From: Cystobasidiomycetes sp. EMM_F5
Lineage: Eukaryota
Direction: 5' to 3'
Assembly (NCBI GenBank): GCA_051047955.1
Contig: JBPGPT010000035.1
Coordinates: forward strand, 62,001 to 126,000
Length of the DNA stretch: 64,000 bases
Shown here: piece by piece, positions 1 through 12,093 of the stretch
Layout: each line of letters begins with the position of its first letter
How positions within the stretch are numbered: position 1 is the first letter of the stretch
Translations under genes and position numbers: made by a program
The notes under the pieces: model-generated
Databases searched by the model: none
What the model was told of the DNA's origin: nothing
What the model saw: the letters and a program-made list of their open reading frames with translations, nothing else

Positions 1-1717
1 GCTTTGGTCGATCCGCCAAGTTGCTGTGATGGGGTACATCGATAAACAGAAAAGTTGGCAGACTGTTGTACATTGCTGTTATTCGGTGGCGTGAGGGCGG
101 AGATGGGAGACAGACGATTGTACTTGGTTGCGGATCCTTGATTTACAGATTGAATTTTGACTCCTTTGGGAACATGGTGCGGGTTCGGATAGCTTTGTAC
201 TACGTAGCCGTATTGCGCAAACGCCTCTGCTGTCAATGGGAGTGCTGGAATGGTTGGTGCTGATGTAGATTGACTGCCGACTGTGCTGTTGGCGCCGCTA
301 GCGGTAATTGCACCCAGGACTTGAAGATTGTCGGGCGTTAGCTGTGGTCTAGGAATGCGTGACGAAGGCTTGACACCGGTGACTGCACGCCTGCCGATCA
401 ATCGCAGTCGCTTGACACCGCCATCAGGATACATCGTCATGCGAACATGGGTGACCGGAAACGATACATCCTCTAATTGGAGGCAATGCTGACGGTGCGG
501 TCCTGTCTTTGTTCGCGATAGCAGGAGTGTCCATTTAGCGTGTTGCGGGGGAATTTCCTGTAAGCAGAGAACAGAAGTCAGCATTGCCATACTGTGTCTC
601 GACATAGTCTACTCTTACTCCGTCATAATTTGTCGCATACAGGTCGACGCTTTCTGGAAAGTTACCCAAGAAATGCGCGGTATCAATCTCCGTCCAATCG
701 AGATACGCTGGAGCACCACTGAGGAGATAACGTTAGCACCTGTGTGATCTACAGGTCCACGTCGCCGCCTTACAGTTTTACAATGACCCAGTCTTTGTGG
801 CCCTTTACGCGACTTCTCTTAGTTTCCCAGCCATCGCCCATATCGAAACCTCGTCCGCTGAGGAGCAGATTAGCACCCACGCCGTAATGCTGGTCGGATA
901 CGAAAACAACACGTCCACCGTTGAAGCTGTGTGCAAGATCTAGCGGAGTATTTGGGTCTTTTGGGAAGATGGGGATGACACTGCCGTACACTCTGAAGCG
1001 CGCAATGCCGCCGTCTGGGTGCATCATGAGCTTTACATGCGTGAATGGCGTCTTTTGGTGCCGAGGAGCCAGGGTGAAGAGGTGTCGTGAAGAAGGTCCG
1101 AGCGGTGAGATGGGGAGGATTTCTTGCCACTGCATACGGCAGCAGTGAGATGAGCACTATATTTCGATATAAGGGTTGAATGTAGTATGCTTACGCTTGG
1201 CGAGTCTGCTGTTGGGGTTTCCTCTGGTAGAAAGCATGCTGCCACACTGGCTGCCGGACCTTCGTTGCCGGAGAAGTGAGCTGTGTCGATATCTACTCCG
1301 TAAATGGTTCCAGATGGAGGTCCGAGTTTGATAATCACCCTGTGATCTGCCGTGTCAGCATTACTAGTCATTGATGAATACCAGGTTCAAGCGGAGTCCA
1401 CGGCTGATACACCAACTCTTGGCATCAGATGACGCACCAGTCATGATTTGGGTTGTGCCTTCTCGTCTCCCAACCATCAAATAGAGCACCGTTTGGCCCA
1501 AAGGTCCCTTTGCGCGACACTGCTGGCGCTGGTCGGAGGAGGTCTACCGCCGGACTGAAGAACTCGTCGGAGAATGAGACAATCTGTCCGCCCAGCGACG
1601 CGGAGGAGAGTTCTATCAAAGAAGTCATTACTCGTTCTGTCTGCAATATTCACGCTACTCACCGACGAGGCTCCCAAAGTGCGATTGAAATCCCGACAAC
1701 GGGACAGACTTTGCCAT
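1..1717 (-). CDS. DAL2: Allantoicase fused to a C-terminal ureidoglycolate lyase domain (multi-exon, runs off the window start)
   Basis: Spliced start MAKSVPLSGFQSHFGSLV|ELSSASLGGQIVSFSDEFF. Two allantoicase repeats (DGWETRRHNPNHDW, DIDTAHFSGN, PDGGIARFRVYG; DGWETKRSR, PDGGVKRLRLIG). The frame then continues into IPALPLTAEAFAQYGYVV...SVNQGSATKY, a ureidoglycolate lyase-like N-terminus. Confidence 0.92.
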
Positions 1718-1946
1718 TGTTGTTTCAACAGACGTGTATGGTTACCTTGTTGCTCACTCTCAGAGTCTACTTGTCAATGCAAAGCCAACCCCATTTGCTC
1801 GCCATTTCCTTCATCAATTTCTTTGCATTCTCGGGCGAGTTGAAAGTCGCGAGCCGAAAGACATCACGTGACTCTGAAATGACAGCTGCGAAAGATTTGC
1901 CGACGGTGACGATGGAAGAGCACAACCTGCAGCGGGTACAGCAAAT

Positions 1947-3589
<1,643 letters not shown>

Positions 3590-3630
3590 AATATGGCACT
3601 TCCGCATGCACTCCCGAACGTATGGCGTCT

Positions 3631-4542
3631 CTAGCACAAGTGCATGCTTATATTGGTCTTCAAGGCGTTCCTCATGGCTGTAATGTGTCGATCTATCTCG
3701 GACCTATTCACTGTAGCCCGTGCTTCGCTGGGAATACTAGGTGTGCTGAAATGGACGTCTCGCAGCTTTACAAACTCAGCAGAGGCGTCTTGATTAACGA
3801 GATGAGCAAGCTGTTTCGTGCGCGCTTTGGTCTAGACGAAAGCTTCAGGCCAACGAACGCACGCTTTTAGCGGGCTGCTCACCACTTCTAGCAGTACCCC
3901 AAATGGATCGATCTCCGCGAGCAGCTCCACTGGCCAGTGATCGGGCTTCCACCTAACCAGGTTGATTAATGCCAATTCTCGAAGCGAAGGCACTTGGAAT
4001 TTGATTGCTCGGACGTAGATTTCGCTCCAAGCCTGGACAGTCTCAAGTGCGGCTATTTTCCTAGCCGCAAACAGGCTTGATTCGTACATACATGTCAATG
4101 CAATCAGCGCAGGTATAATATTGTCGTCAACTGATCTATACCTGACGGTCGTCTGCACGAGATTTTGCAGTAAGCTCATCTGGTAGCGATGACTAGCGCT
4201 CCACAGTGCCATAATCATTTTTAGTGGAAGTCCGACAAGATCAGGTTGGGCGTCCATTTTGTGACTAATGGATCGCAGCAAGATCTCCATCATTGCTCCG
4301 CTGTCGTTCAACTGTACAACCGGCAAGCCCTGCGTGACCTCTTCATTTCTGCCGAGCTCGAGCATATCGGCAAAGACAGGCGACACGCCAGCCAACACCT
4401 TACGCTGTGCGTAGAAGGCCTGTACAAGCTCTGCAGCTCCGGTTGGCGAGGCAGATGCATCCATTGCGGGAGTGCAAATGATAATGTCGGCGCCAGTAGC
4501 ATCGAAGGCGATCGCGTTGATGACGGCTGCTGCGGTGTCCAT
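3631..4542 (-). CDS. BTB/POZ-domain protein (paralog 1 of 6)
   Basis: ADIIIC...FYAQRKVLAGVSPVFADMLELG...LPVVQLND is the basidiomycete BTB signature. C-terminal HWPVELLAEIDPFGVLLE is shared with the paralogs. Last exon spliced by eye. Confidence 0.85.
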
Positions 4543-4986
4543 GATTACCTTGGTCTTACGGGGTGTACAGGCGAAACCGTGTTGTCTACAAGCGAAGCCA
4601 CCAGCGAATCTCCCTCACAACATGTTCAACAGGTAAAAAAACAAGCGGGCAACCGTTCCCGAAAGTGTTGGACAACATCGAAGCTTCATAGGATGTATCC
4701 GTACAGCCGAGTTGTCAATTTTGGTTAGGCTGCTACCTTGTGATCTATCATGAGAGGGTCCGCAGGGGTCGGAAGAGACTTTGGCAGACCCGACTACGTT
4801 GTCGGGGCTGCCACACTCTCACAGACGTATTTGGCACGAAAGAGGCTGTCAGCGAACAGTCGGACAGACTGCATTACGCTTGCGAGACGAGATGGGATGT
4901 TGCTTCCGTAGAATATTGCGTGGGCTAAGATTACAGAAATTGTAACGCGAGACAACAGTGTCGATGCATACTTGAGTCAAACGAAT

Positions 4987-5838
4987 CTATGTTGCCGTGT
5001 TTCGTGCCGCGCCGGCTTTCTGCTGTTGGCCCGACTTTCCGAGTGTCGCATATGCCGCTTGCGATTCGTACGACAAGTTTGCGGGAATGAGTACAGTATT
5101 GCCTTCTGCTGCAATCTGGGTGTAGGTCTGAAGTTCTCGCAGACGCATTGCCATCGGAGCATTCTTCAGTGATTGAGCGGCCTCTACGAGCTTGTGTGAA
5201 GCCTGCACTTCAGCGTCGGCCTCGATGATGCGCGCTTCGCGAACGCGGCTAGCCTCGGCTTTACGTCCCATTGCTCGTACCATAGAGGGATCAATCTTTA
5301 CATTCTTGAGCTGGACTGAGTGTATGCGAACTCCCCAGTCATCCGCAACTTTTTGCAATGCCGCCATGACGGTGTGCCCAGCTTCCTCTCGATCTTTGAG
5401 CAGCGAATCGATGGTGTTACGCGATAGTTGGCTGCGTAGCGAGGTCTGTGCGGCCTCAAATACTGCCTGTTTGTAATCGACAATCCTAAGCATGGCTTTT
5501 GATGCATCCACCACTTCGAAGAATGCCACAGCGTCAACATGTATTGTGACATTGTCCGATGTCATGCAGTCTTGTGGCGGTACATTGAGAGTCTGGACGC
5601 GTTGGTCAATCGTCCGTAGACGATGAACGAGAGGGAGATCAAGTCGGAAGCCTGGCCCTTTCTCGTCAACTTTGACTCCGAACCGAAAAACGACACCAGA
5701 CTCGTATGCCTCGACTGTCCTCCAGAAGAAGGAGCGTTGCTGAGGACGGATGAGAGCAGCATGGCGTGCTGTAACCTGACGAGCCATTTGCATGGCGGTC
5801 CGATGAGATAGTCGCGATAACATAGTATCTGATGGCAA
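4987..5838 (-). CDS. SPFH/Band 7 stomatin-like protein, intronless, with putative mitochondrial presequence
   Basis: YESGVVFRFG, GPG, PPQDCMTSDNVTIHVDAV, AAQTSLRS, WGVRIHSVQLKNV, RAMGRKAEA, AMRLRELQT. The N-terminus is Arg-rich and acid-free (MLSRLSHRTAMQMARQVTARHAALIRPQQRSFFW). Confidence 0.92.
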   Translation of the reverse strand: MPSDTMLSRLSHRTAMQMARQVTARHAALIRPQQRSFFWRTVEAYESGVVFRFGVKVDEKGPGFRLDLPLVHRLRTIDQRVQTLNVPPQDCMTSDNVTIHVDAVAFFEVVDASKAMLRIVDYKQAVFEAAQTSLRSQLSRNTIDSLLKDREEAGHTVMAALQKVADDWGVRIHSVQLKNVKIDPSMVRAMGRKAEASRVREARIIEADAEVQASHKLVEAAQSLKNAPMAMRLRELQTYTQIAAEGNTVLIPANLSYESQAAYATLGKSGQQQKAGAARNTAT

Positions 5839-6138
5839 TCAGTGGAGAGCGGATTGAAAAGAGGCCTGCAATCAATAAATGTTGGTGGTGATTTCGCGGT
5901 GTTTGTATAATATGCTGAGTGGAAGGTAAGGAGCATCAGTCTCAATTCCAATGCAAATGCCGTTATTTTAGGTCAGTGCACAACAAGCCGTCAAGACGCG
6001 CGGTCGGCGCTTGGCCTGTGTCAAACAGTCTCCGTTGGAGGGTCTCTGCGTCGTTGCTGAAGCTCGGATACCCCCTTACAGTGGTCAGTGACATCACAAT
6101 AGCCATAAGCGATCCGTTTCTAGCCTGTAGTGTGGACT

Positions 6139-7007
6139 TCAGGCGTCCAACGCTTGGGCCTCCGGTAAGTGCAATACGAGCCGCAGCGATGCTAGCGCGT
6201 CTTTTGCTCCTTCTATGTCCTTGAGCTTGTCCAAGAGCGGCTTGAGAGCCTCCCTTTGCAAGTCATGGCTCGCCTTGCCCTGGTGCACGTTGATTAGCTC
6301 TAGGCGCCCTTTGCAGTGACGATTGCCTCACCAAAGCCAAAAGGTCCAAGCTCGATAGCTTTGCAAGGTCTTCATTGGGCCATGTCGACGGATCTTTTGA
6401 TGCTAGAAGCTGCCTGGCCGCTGAAGCCAACTGCGTTCGCGTTCGGGTTGTGGCATCAATCAGTACAATTGCTGCTTCCTTTGTCGACAAATCTGACAGG
6501 CGAAGGCTGCAGAAGGCGGACAGCATTAGCTCTGAATGGATACCATGCACGTTGATATGCTCACATCAGGAATGATTCGACGACGGCTTCCAAAGCAGTC
6601 AGGTTGTATCGATGAACGCTCGCCAATAACGTCGAAAGCTCCGGTCCTTGCAGCGAGTACCAGGGAATCTGCATCGACAGGTCGCCATAAACGTAGCGCA
6701 GTATCACGTCCAGCGCCAGGCTCGCGTCCTCGACGTCTATTAGCGGAACATTGTCGACTCGGGGTTCCTTTGACTCTGCCAGCAACTTCTTCAACACGGC
6801 AGCGAGACCTGGGGCGGAGTCTAGCTTTGCTGTGTGCACTCGGAATATGCGTACAGGCTGGTGGACAGTGTACACCTTGCTGCGCTCGACATCCTTGTAT
6901 CGCTCAAACGGCGAGCCTGCCCGAGTCCGGATAGCAAGGTCGCCTTCGATAAAATGTTTGGCTGGCTTGGGCGCAGAAGCAGCGGAGACTGACATTGACA
7001 GACTCAT
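6139..7007 (-). CDS. BTB/POZ-domain protein (paralog 2)
   Basis: GDLAIRT...FRVHTAKLDSAPGLAAVLKKLL...VPLIDVEDASLALDVILRYVY...ASVHRYNL. Second exon LASAARQLLASKDPSTWPNEDL. Confidence 0.8.
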
Positions 7008-7167
7008 ATTGACATCAACAACAAGAAATATCTACAGCGTCGCGAGAAGCTTTATAGCGTCCGACATATCGCCACCTACAGTAGATAGTGCGATACAGGA
7101 GATGAATATGGTACAGTTGGATCTGTTCCGCAAGAAACGATAAAGCTACAGATGTGCCTTCGCCGGA

Positions 7168-7999
7168 CTATTCGATTATTCGATTGAAAGTATTGTATAT
7201 TTGTGAAATCTTGCTTTGTCCAGAGACATTTGCCGCCTGATTTCGAAGGTTCCAAATATCGGGCGCCAGAGCTTTGAGCTCCTTTATCTGCTCAGTGTGG
7301 TAGTCAAAGAACTGGTGAACACAATACACGGATCAGCCGGGTCGACGCATTTCGTTTGAAGAATACCTACAAGAGTGTGGTAGGCCTGTAGACCTATTTG
7401 GTCTTTCAACTCAGTCGGCCACTTTGAGTGGCTATTGGCCAAGAAGCGCTCATGACACTTCTTGGCCAGACGCACACGCTTGCGAGCTAGAGCTTCAGCG
7501 TACATGATGCCGACTTCTCGCAGCGTGGCACTCTCGAAGGCGTGACTGTGATAGGGTAAACAGATTTAGCTGCGGGGAATCGTGTACTCAGAAGTACCTC
7601 TCACAGTAATAAAGGTTCCAGGACGGCTTGTGCGATGATTATTTCAAACTTCAGACTCGCCAACCAGACTGCCAGCAAGTTTGTCAAAGCCACCCCTTCC
7701 AGGTCGGGAAAGAGAGATATGTCGCCCGTCATGAACGGAAGAAGCATGTTCAACACTTCAGCGCTTTCATCCAAGCGCACGAGCGGGAGACCGTCCATGC
7801 CTTCTTGATCAGAAGTGCTGGAAGTGCCCAAATCGAGCATGTCGGCAAAGACATCCGACCAGGCTGCCAGCTTAGACCGTTGGAGGCGGTAGTATGATAC
7901 AGAAGTCGTTTCGGCTGCCTCGTCGGAAGCTCTGCGAGAGCATAGTATGATATCGGCATTGGGCACGCTGAGCGTTGCCGAAGTGACCGGGGCCGCCAT
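7168..7999 (-). CDS. BTB/POZ-domain protein (paralog 3)
   Basis: PNADIILCS...YRLQRSKLAAWSDVFADMLDLG...GLPLVRLDESAEVLNMLLPFM...VWLASLKFEI. Second exon ...KWPTELKDQIG. Confidence 0.87.
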
Positions 8000-8291
8000 G
8001 GCTGCGTCAAGTACTTTTACAGGGATAGTATTAGCAGATATGGCGTTGTAAGCATAGCACGAATGCTCGCAGGCAGTGAGTTGAGAATGCACTGTCGATT
8101 GATTGAAGGTAAACCCGGCTCTCCTCAGTCATGCAAGATGTATCGCAGCGAGAAAACCGTACAGCAGGCAGTGATCAACAATGATTGGAACCTTATTATT
8201 CTATGCACAACGTCCTCCTTGATCTAGGGACAAGCAGACTCTTCCTTGATGATCACATCAATATTATTTGACCTTTTATTTTTGGCTGCTT

Positions 8292-11200
8292 TTAGTATGT
8301 AGTAACATTAGATGTTCTGCCCAAGTTGAGAGCATTGGCCATCTTGAAGAAGATATCGATGCTGCTGTATACGCCTCTGAAGGTGTCGCTACCGGGTCCC
8401 ATGGCATAGACGCCGACGTCTGACAAAGAGTGGACGCCTTGTGCTTCGTCAACTGGCAGAGTGCCGTTCACAGTGAAGCCGCGAGGCGAGTCTGCTGGGT
8501 TGACATAGTAGGATCCGTTGACGGCGGTTGCCGGCAGCCTCGGGCCAGTCTTGACGGTGCTGTAATCTTCACGGTGGTCGGGATTTGCTGTTTGCCATTA
8601 TTATGCGCATCAGTATCAGGTTACATACAGAGGTTACAAGTCTGCTTACCTCCGAAGCCGGCCGCAATAGCTGTCGATGCAATGGAATCAGTATGAATGT
8701 GAAGAAAGGTCGACGATCGAGCTAACCGTAACGAGGATCCCAATTGACTGCGAAGCCTGGACCCCACTGACTAGTGACTGGAGTAGTATTCGTCGGCAAG
8801 CTTCCGTTTGCAACGACGTATCTACAAATTCAAAAGCTTTCAGCACGATCTTCTCGGCGGACTAGTCAAAAGGCGTCATTCACCCGCTGAGACCAGAATT
8901 CTGATAGACACCGACTGCGCGGCGCTTGCGACGATCTCCATCAGCTTGCAACAGATATTGCCGATCTACGCTACCAAACACTGTTATTGAGTAAAGCATT
9001 TTGGTCGTCAGCAAAATCCAGAGCGGACTCTGTGTGAGTACCATACCATCAAAGCCATGTGCGTGATCAGCTGTCACGACAATCAGTGTCTCATTGAGAG
9101 TCCCGAGCTGTCGTAGTTTCTCGATGGTTGCCGAGACAGTGTCGTCCAATTCCATTAGTTCTCCAAGGGCCCGCTCGTAGTCCAAAACGCTTAAGAGGAC
9201 GTGAGATATTGTTAAGCTAACAGCAAAAGATGCACTTACTGCATCATCCTAAAGCCAGAAAGGAGCGTCAGCTGGAGAATCGAGTTGATCACAAAATAAG
9301 ACGCGCTTATCCACACTAGCTGCCTCAGACATCAGGAAGTAACCATTGGTAGAGCCGTTAGCTCTGCTCCTTGTTGTCAAAACGTCGATCGCCTTCAGTG
9401 TCATTTCCTTCAGACCGGGCTGATTGTCGGCATTTGTTCCGTCGATGAGCGCGGAGTTGTTATTGAACTTCGTGTTGTTGGGATAGACGTTGCGGTCCAC
9501 CCATTTATCTAAATTGCTCTGGCAATAGACCCCGAGGAGTCGCGACGAATTCGAAGCATTCGCCAGGGCCGTTTTGTCATGAACGACCGTATAATTCGCT
9601 TGCCGGAACAAATTGTAGTAGTTCTGCCTGTTGAGAGACTGTGCACCAATAAAGTTTTCTGCACCTCCGCCCATAAGTACATCTGAGGTTGAACAAAAAA
9701 AAAATTGGCACGTTAGCGGGGACAGCTGTGTAATCCTGATGTGTACGGCATAACTTACCAGGGCCGTTCCAATTCGTCCATGTGTAATTACGGTTCTTCT
9801 CGCCGTAGAGGAAAGAATCGACGATTTCGCCATAACGGCTGCGGAGACGGGTGTGGCTGGGTAATTGCAATTTCACACAATGCAGTATTGAGGGTAGAGA
9901 TGATGGGATACGTATAGGTTAGCGAAGGTGTCACAGATGGTGTTGGGTCCAAACCTACGCGGTCAAGGCCGCCGGGGTTGCGTCCGCAAGATATGCAGTG
10001 CTGACGATTCCGACTTTACCGCCATTAACACGATACATGAGCTCAGCAATGGTTTCGAATTTAGGATCATCAAAGGGGTCCGGCGATGAATCAACGTATC
10101 TGGCGTTGAAAAGCGTTAGGTATCGATTTTACGCAAGTATTATCGAAAGATTCATGTAGAAGTCTGTTGGTATGCAAACTTACACGTTGAGTGCATTGAC
10201 AGTGCTCTTCTTCCCAGTGTATAAAGCCGTCGCACTATTGGCGCTATCAGTGATAAAGGAATCAATTGAATGAGTCACTGCGAAAGGCCTGTCAGCATTC
10301 TAAGAGGTTCGGACAACCACGAGAACATACTCTGATGACCGATAGCGTCCATTTTATCGAGCTGCATTAAGCTGGTGAATTCTCCGTTGACCATTTGATG
10401 TGAAAGTAATCTTGCGGCCGTAATCATGGACATAGACATGCCGTCACCTGAAAATTTGTAGCATTTGTAGGGGAAAGCACGAGGAATCAACAACGCATGC
10501 CTCTGTCAGCATTGCAACATCGAGTTCATCCCATCTTTCGAAGCGCACCGATGAACATGATGACATTTTTGGCGACTCGCTGATTCGATGGCGGTCTGAC
10601 GATCCAGTTGGCAACGGTAGTGCGTCCGTTGTAGTAGCGGAGTGTCACAGTGTAGTTACCGGGTTCGTAGAGTGCAACATATCGATATGCTTTGGCAGCA
10701 ACATTCACAAGTGAAGGCGTATTGGCGTCCGCGGCAAAGAGATCCTCAAACCTGTCATGCGGGCGGATTATTAGAGCCAGTACCGATGTACAACACTGAA
10801 AGCCGCTCACCAGGTGAAATTCCAGCGTTCCACACTATTTTGCAGCAATTGTCAGAGTCCTGTCCCCACAACAAGGCACCAGTTTTTTTCTGGACATGAC
10901 TCACGCAACATCGGACTTGTTGAAGTAGGCGTATAATGGACGTGCTGCACCGCCGTCTTTCGAAATGTCCACAGTGAAATTGGTATCGGGAACACCGCCG
11001 TTGAAGGCTTCGGACCCGTTGACCGGGGCATGCACTGTTACCAAATCAGCTTCCATTCGTGAAAATATTGCTGGCTAATGTACCTTCCAACCGGACTGCC
11101 ACGCAATTTCCGTCAATTTGGGTTCTGTTTCGCAATGAAATGGCGTCCTTACTATCAAATGCTTGACCAGCGAGAAAGTTGGCACGATCAGGTGGGAAGA

Positions 11201-11436
11201 CACATCCAAGCTGTGAAATCCATTGATCAGAAACTTGTTTTGCATTGTGCGTGTGCGTAGAAAATGCTTGGGTTTGCTTACAGTAGGGCAAGTTCCTGTA
11301 GAATCAATGCTGATTTAGCATACTGGCGGAAATCATCGTTCCGGCATGTCGACTAACCCAATCTCTGGTAGTATTGAGCCGAGCAGACGCTCACGAGCGC
11401 TGCTGCGGCGAAAGCCACACAGGAGGTCTTGAACAT
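8292..11436 (-). CDS. Secreted alkaline phosphatase (many introns)
   Basis: Signal peptide MFKTSCVAFAAAALVSVCSA. Motifs AKNVIMFIG|DGMSMSMITAAR, FITDSANSATALYTGKKS (phospho-Ser site), DVLMGGGAE, FLMSEAASVDKMMH, IVVTADHAHGFD, GVHSLSDV. Confidence 0.93.
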
Positions 11437-11560
11437 GATATCAGATATCTATCAGTTCAGTATCCGAGTATGGCAACAACGAGAGCGAAGAGCCGTCAGA
11501 GATCCGGTTCAGCGGCAGTATTGATATTCTCAGTGTTTCTCCCGAAAGAGCTTTCCTCGC

Positions 11561-11820
11561 AACGTGTTCATTGTGCGTTTCGGTTATCTTCCTCTATCAA
11601 CAAATTTTTAATTGCCATTACGGACATCCGAAGGTCCCGACCGACTCCCGTTTGCCTCAAACGGCATGACATAGTGCGAGCAGCAACATGTCTGGTCACG
11701 TTAGCGCGCGCAACGCAGTGTGTAGTTGGCGGCTACTTTCTTCAAGCTGCAGGAGAACGTTTGTGCCAAGGCAAATTGGATGATCGGTGCCTGAGGAGAG
11801 CTGTACGCGCAGCGAACGTG
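11561..11820. promoter_or_regulatory. Three CACGTT/AACGTG E-boxes (candidate Pho4-type sites) upstream of alkaline phosphatase
   Basis: AACGTG 11561-11566, CACGTT 11697-11702 and AACGTG 11815-11820, all within 400 bp of the phosphatase ATG. Confidence 0.45.
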
Positions 11821-12093
11821 TAGATGGAGCATGTGGGTCACCGACAGGCGCAAATGGGATGATGAAGCCACAGCTGCAAGATGGTCAGAAGCGGGTATCG
11901 CTGCTGAGAAGGAAGATGAAAAGGCTCTAAACGAATGAGTCTGTTTCCACAACAGGCCTATTTTCCAGTGTACAGCGCAGCTCGTTAGATACATTCTCAA
12001 AACACATTGAAACATTGCCATATACAGTCAGTCCAGACGGCAGTGTGGATGCTGCAAGATACTTTACGGTGCAGAGCCTTCGCGTTCTCGAAG

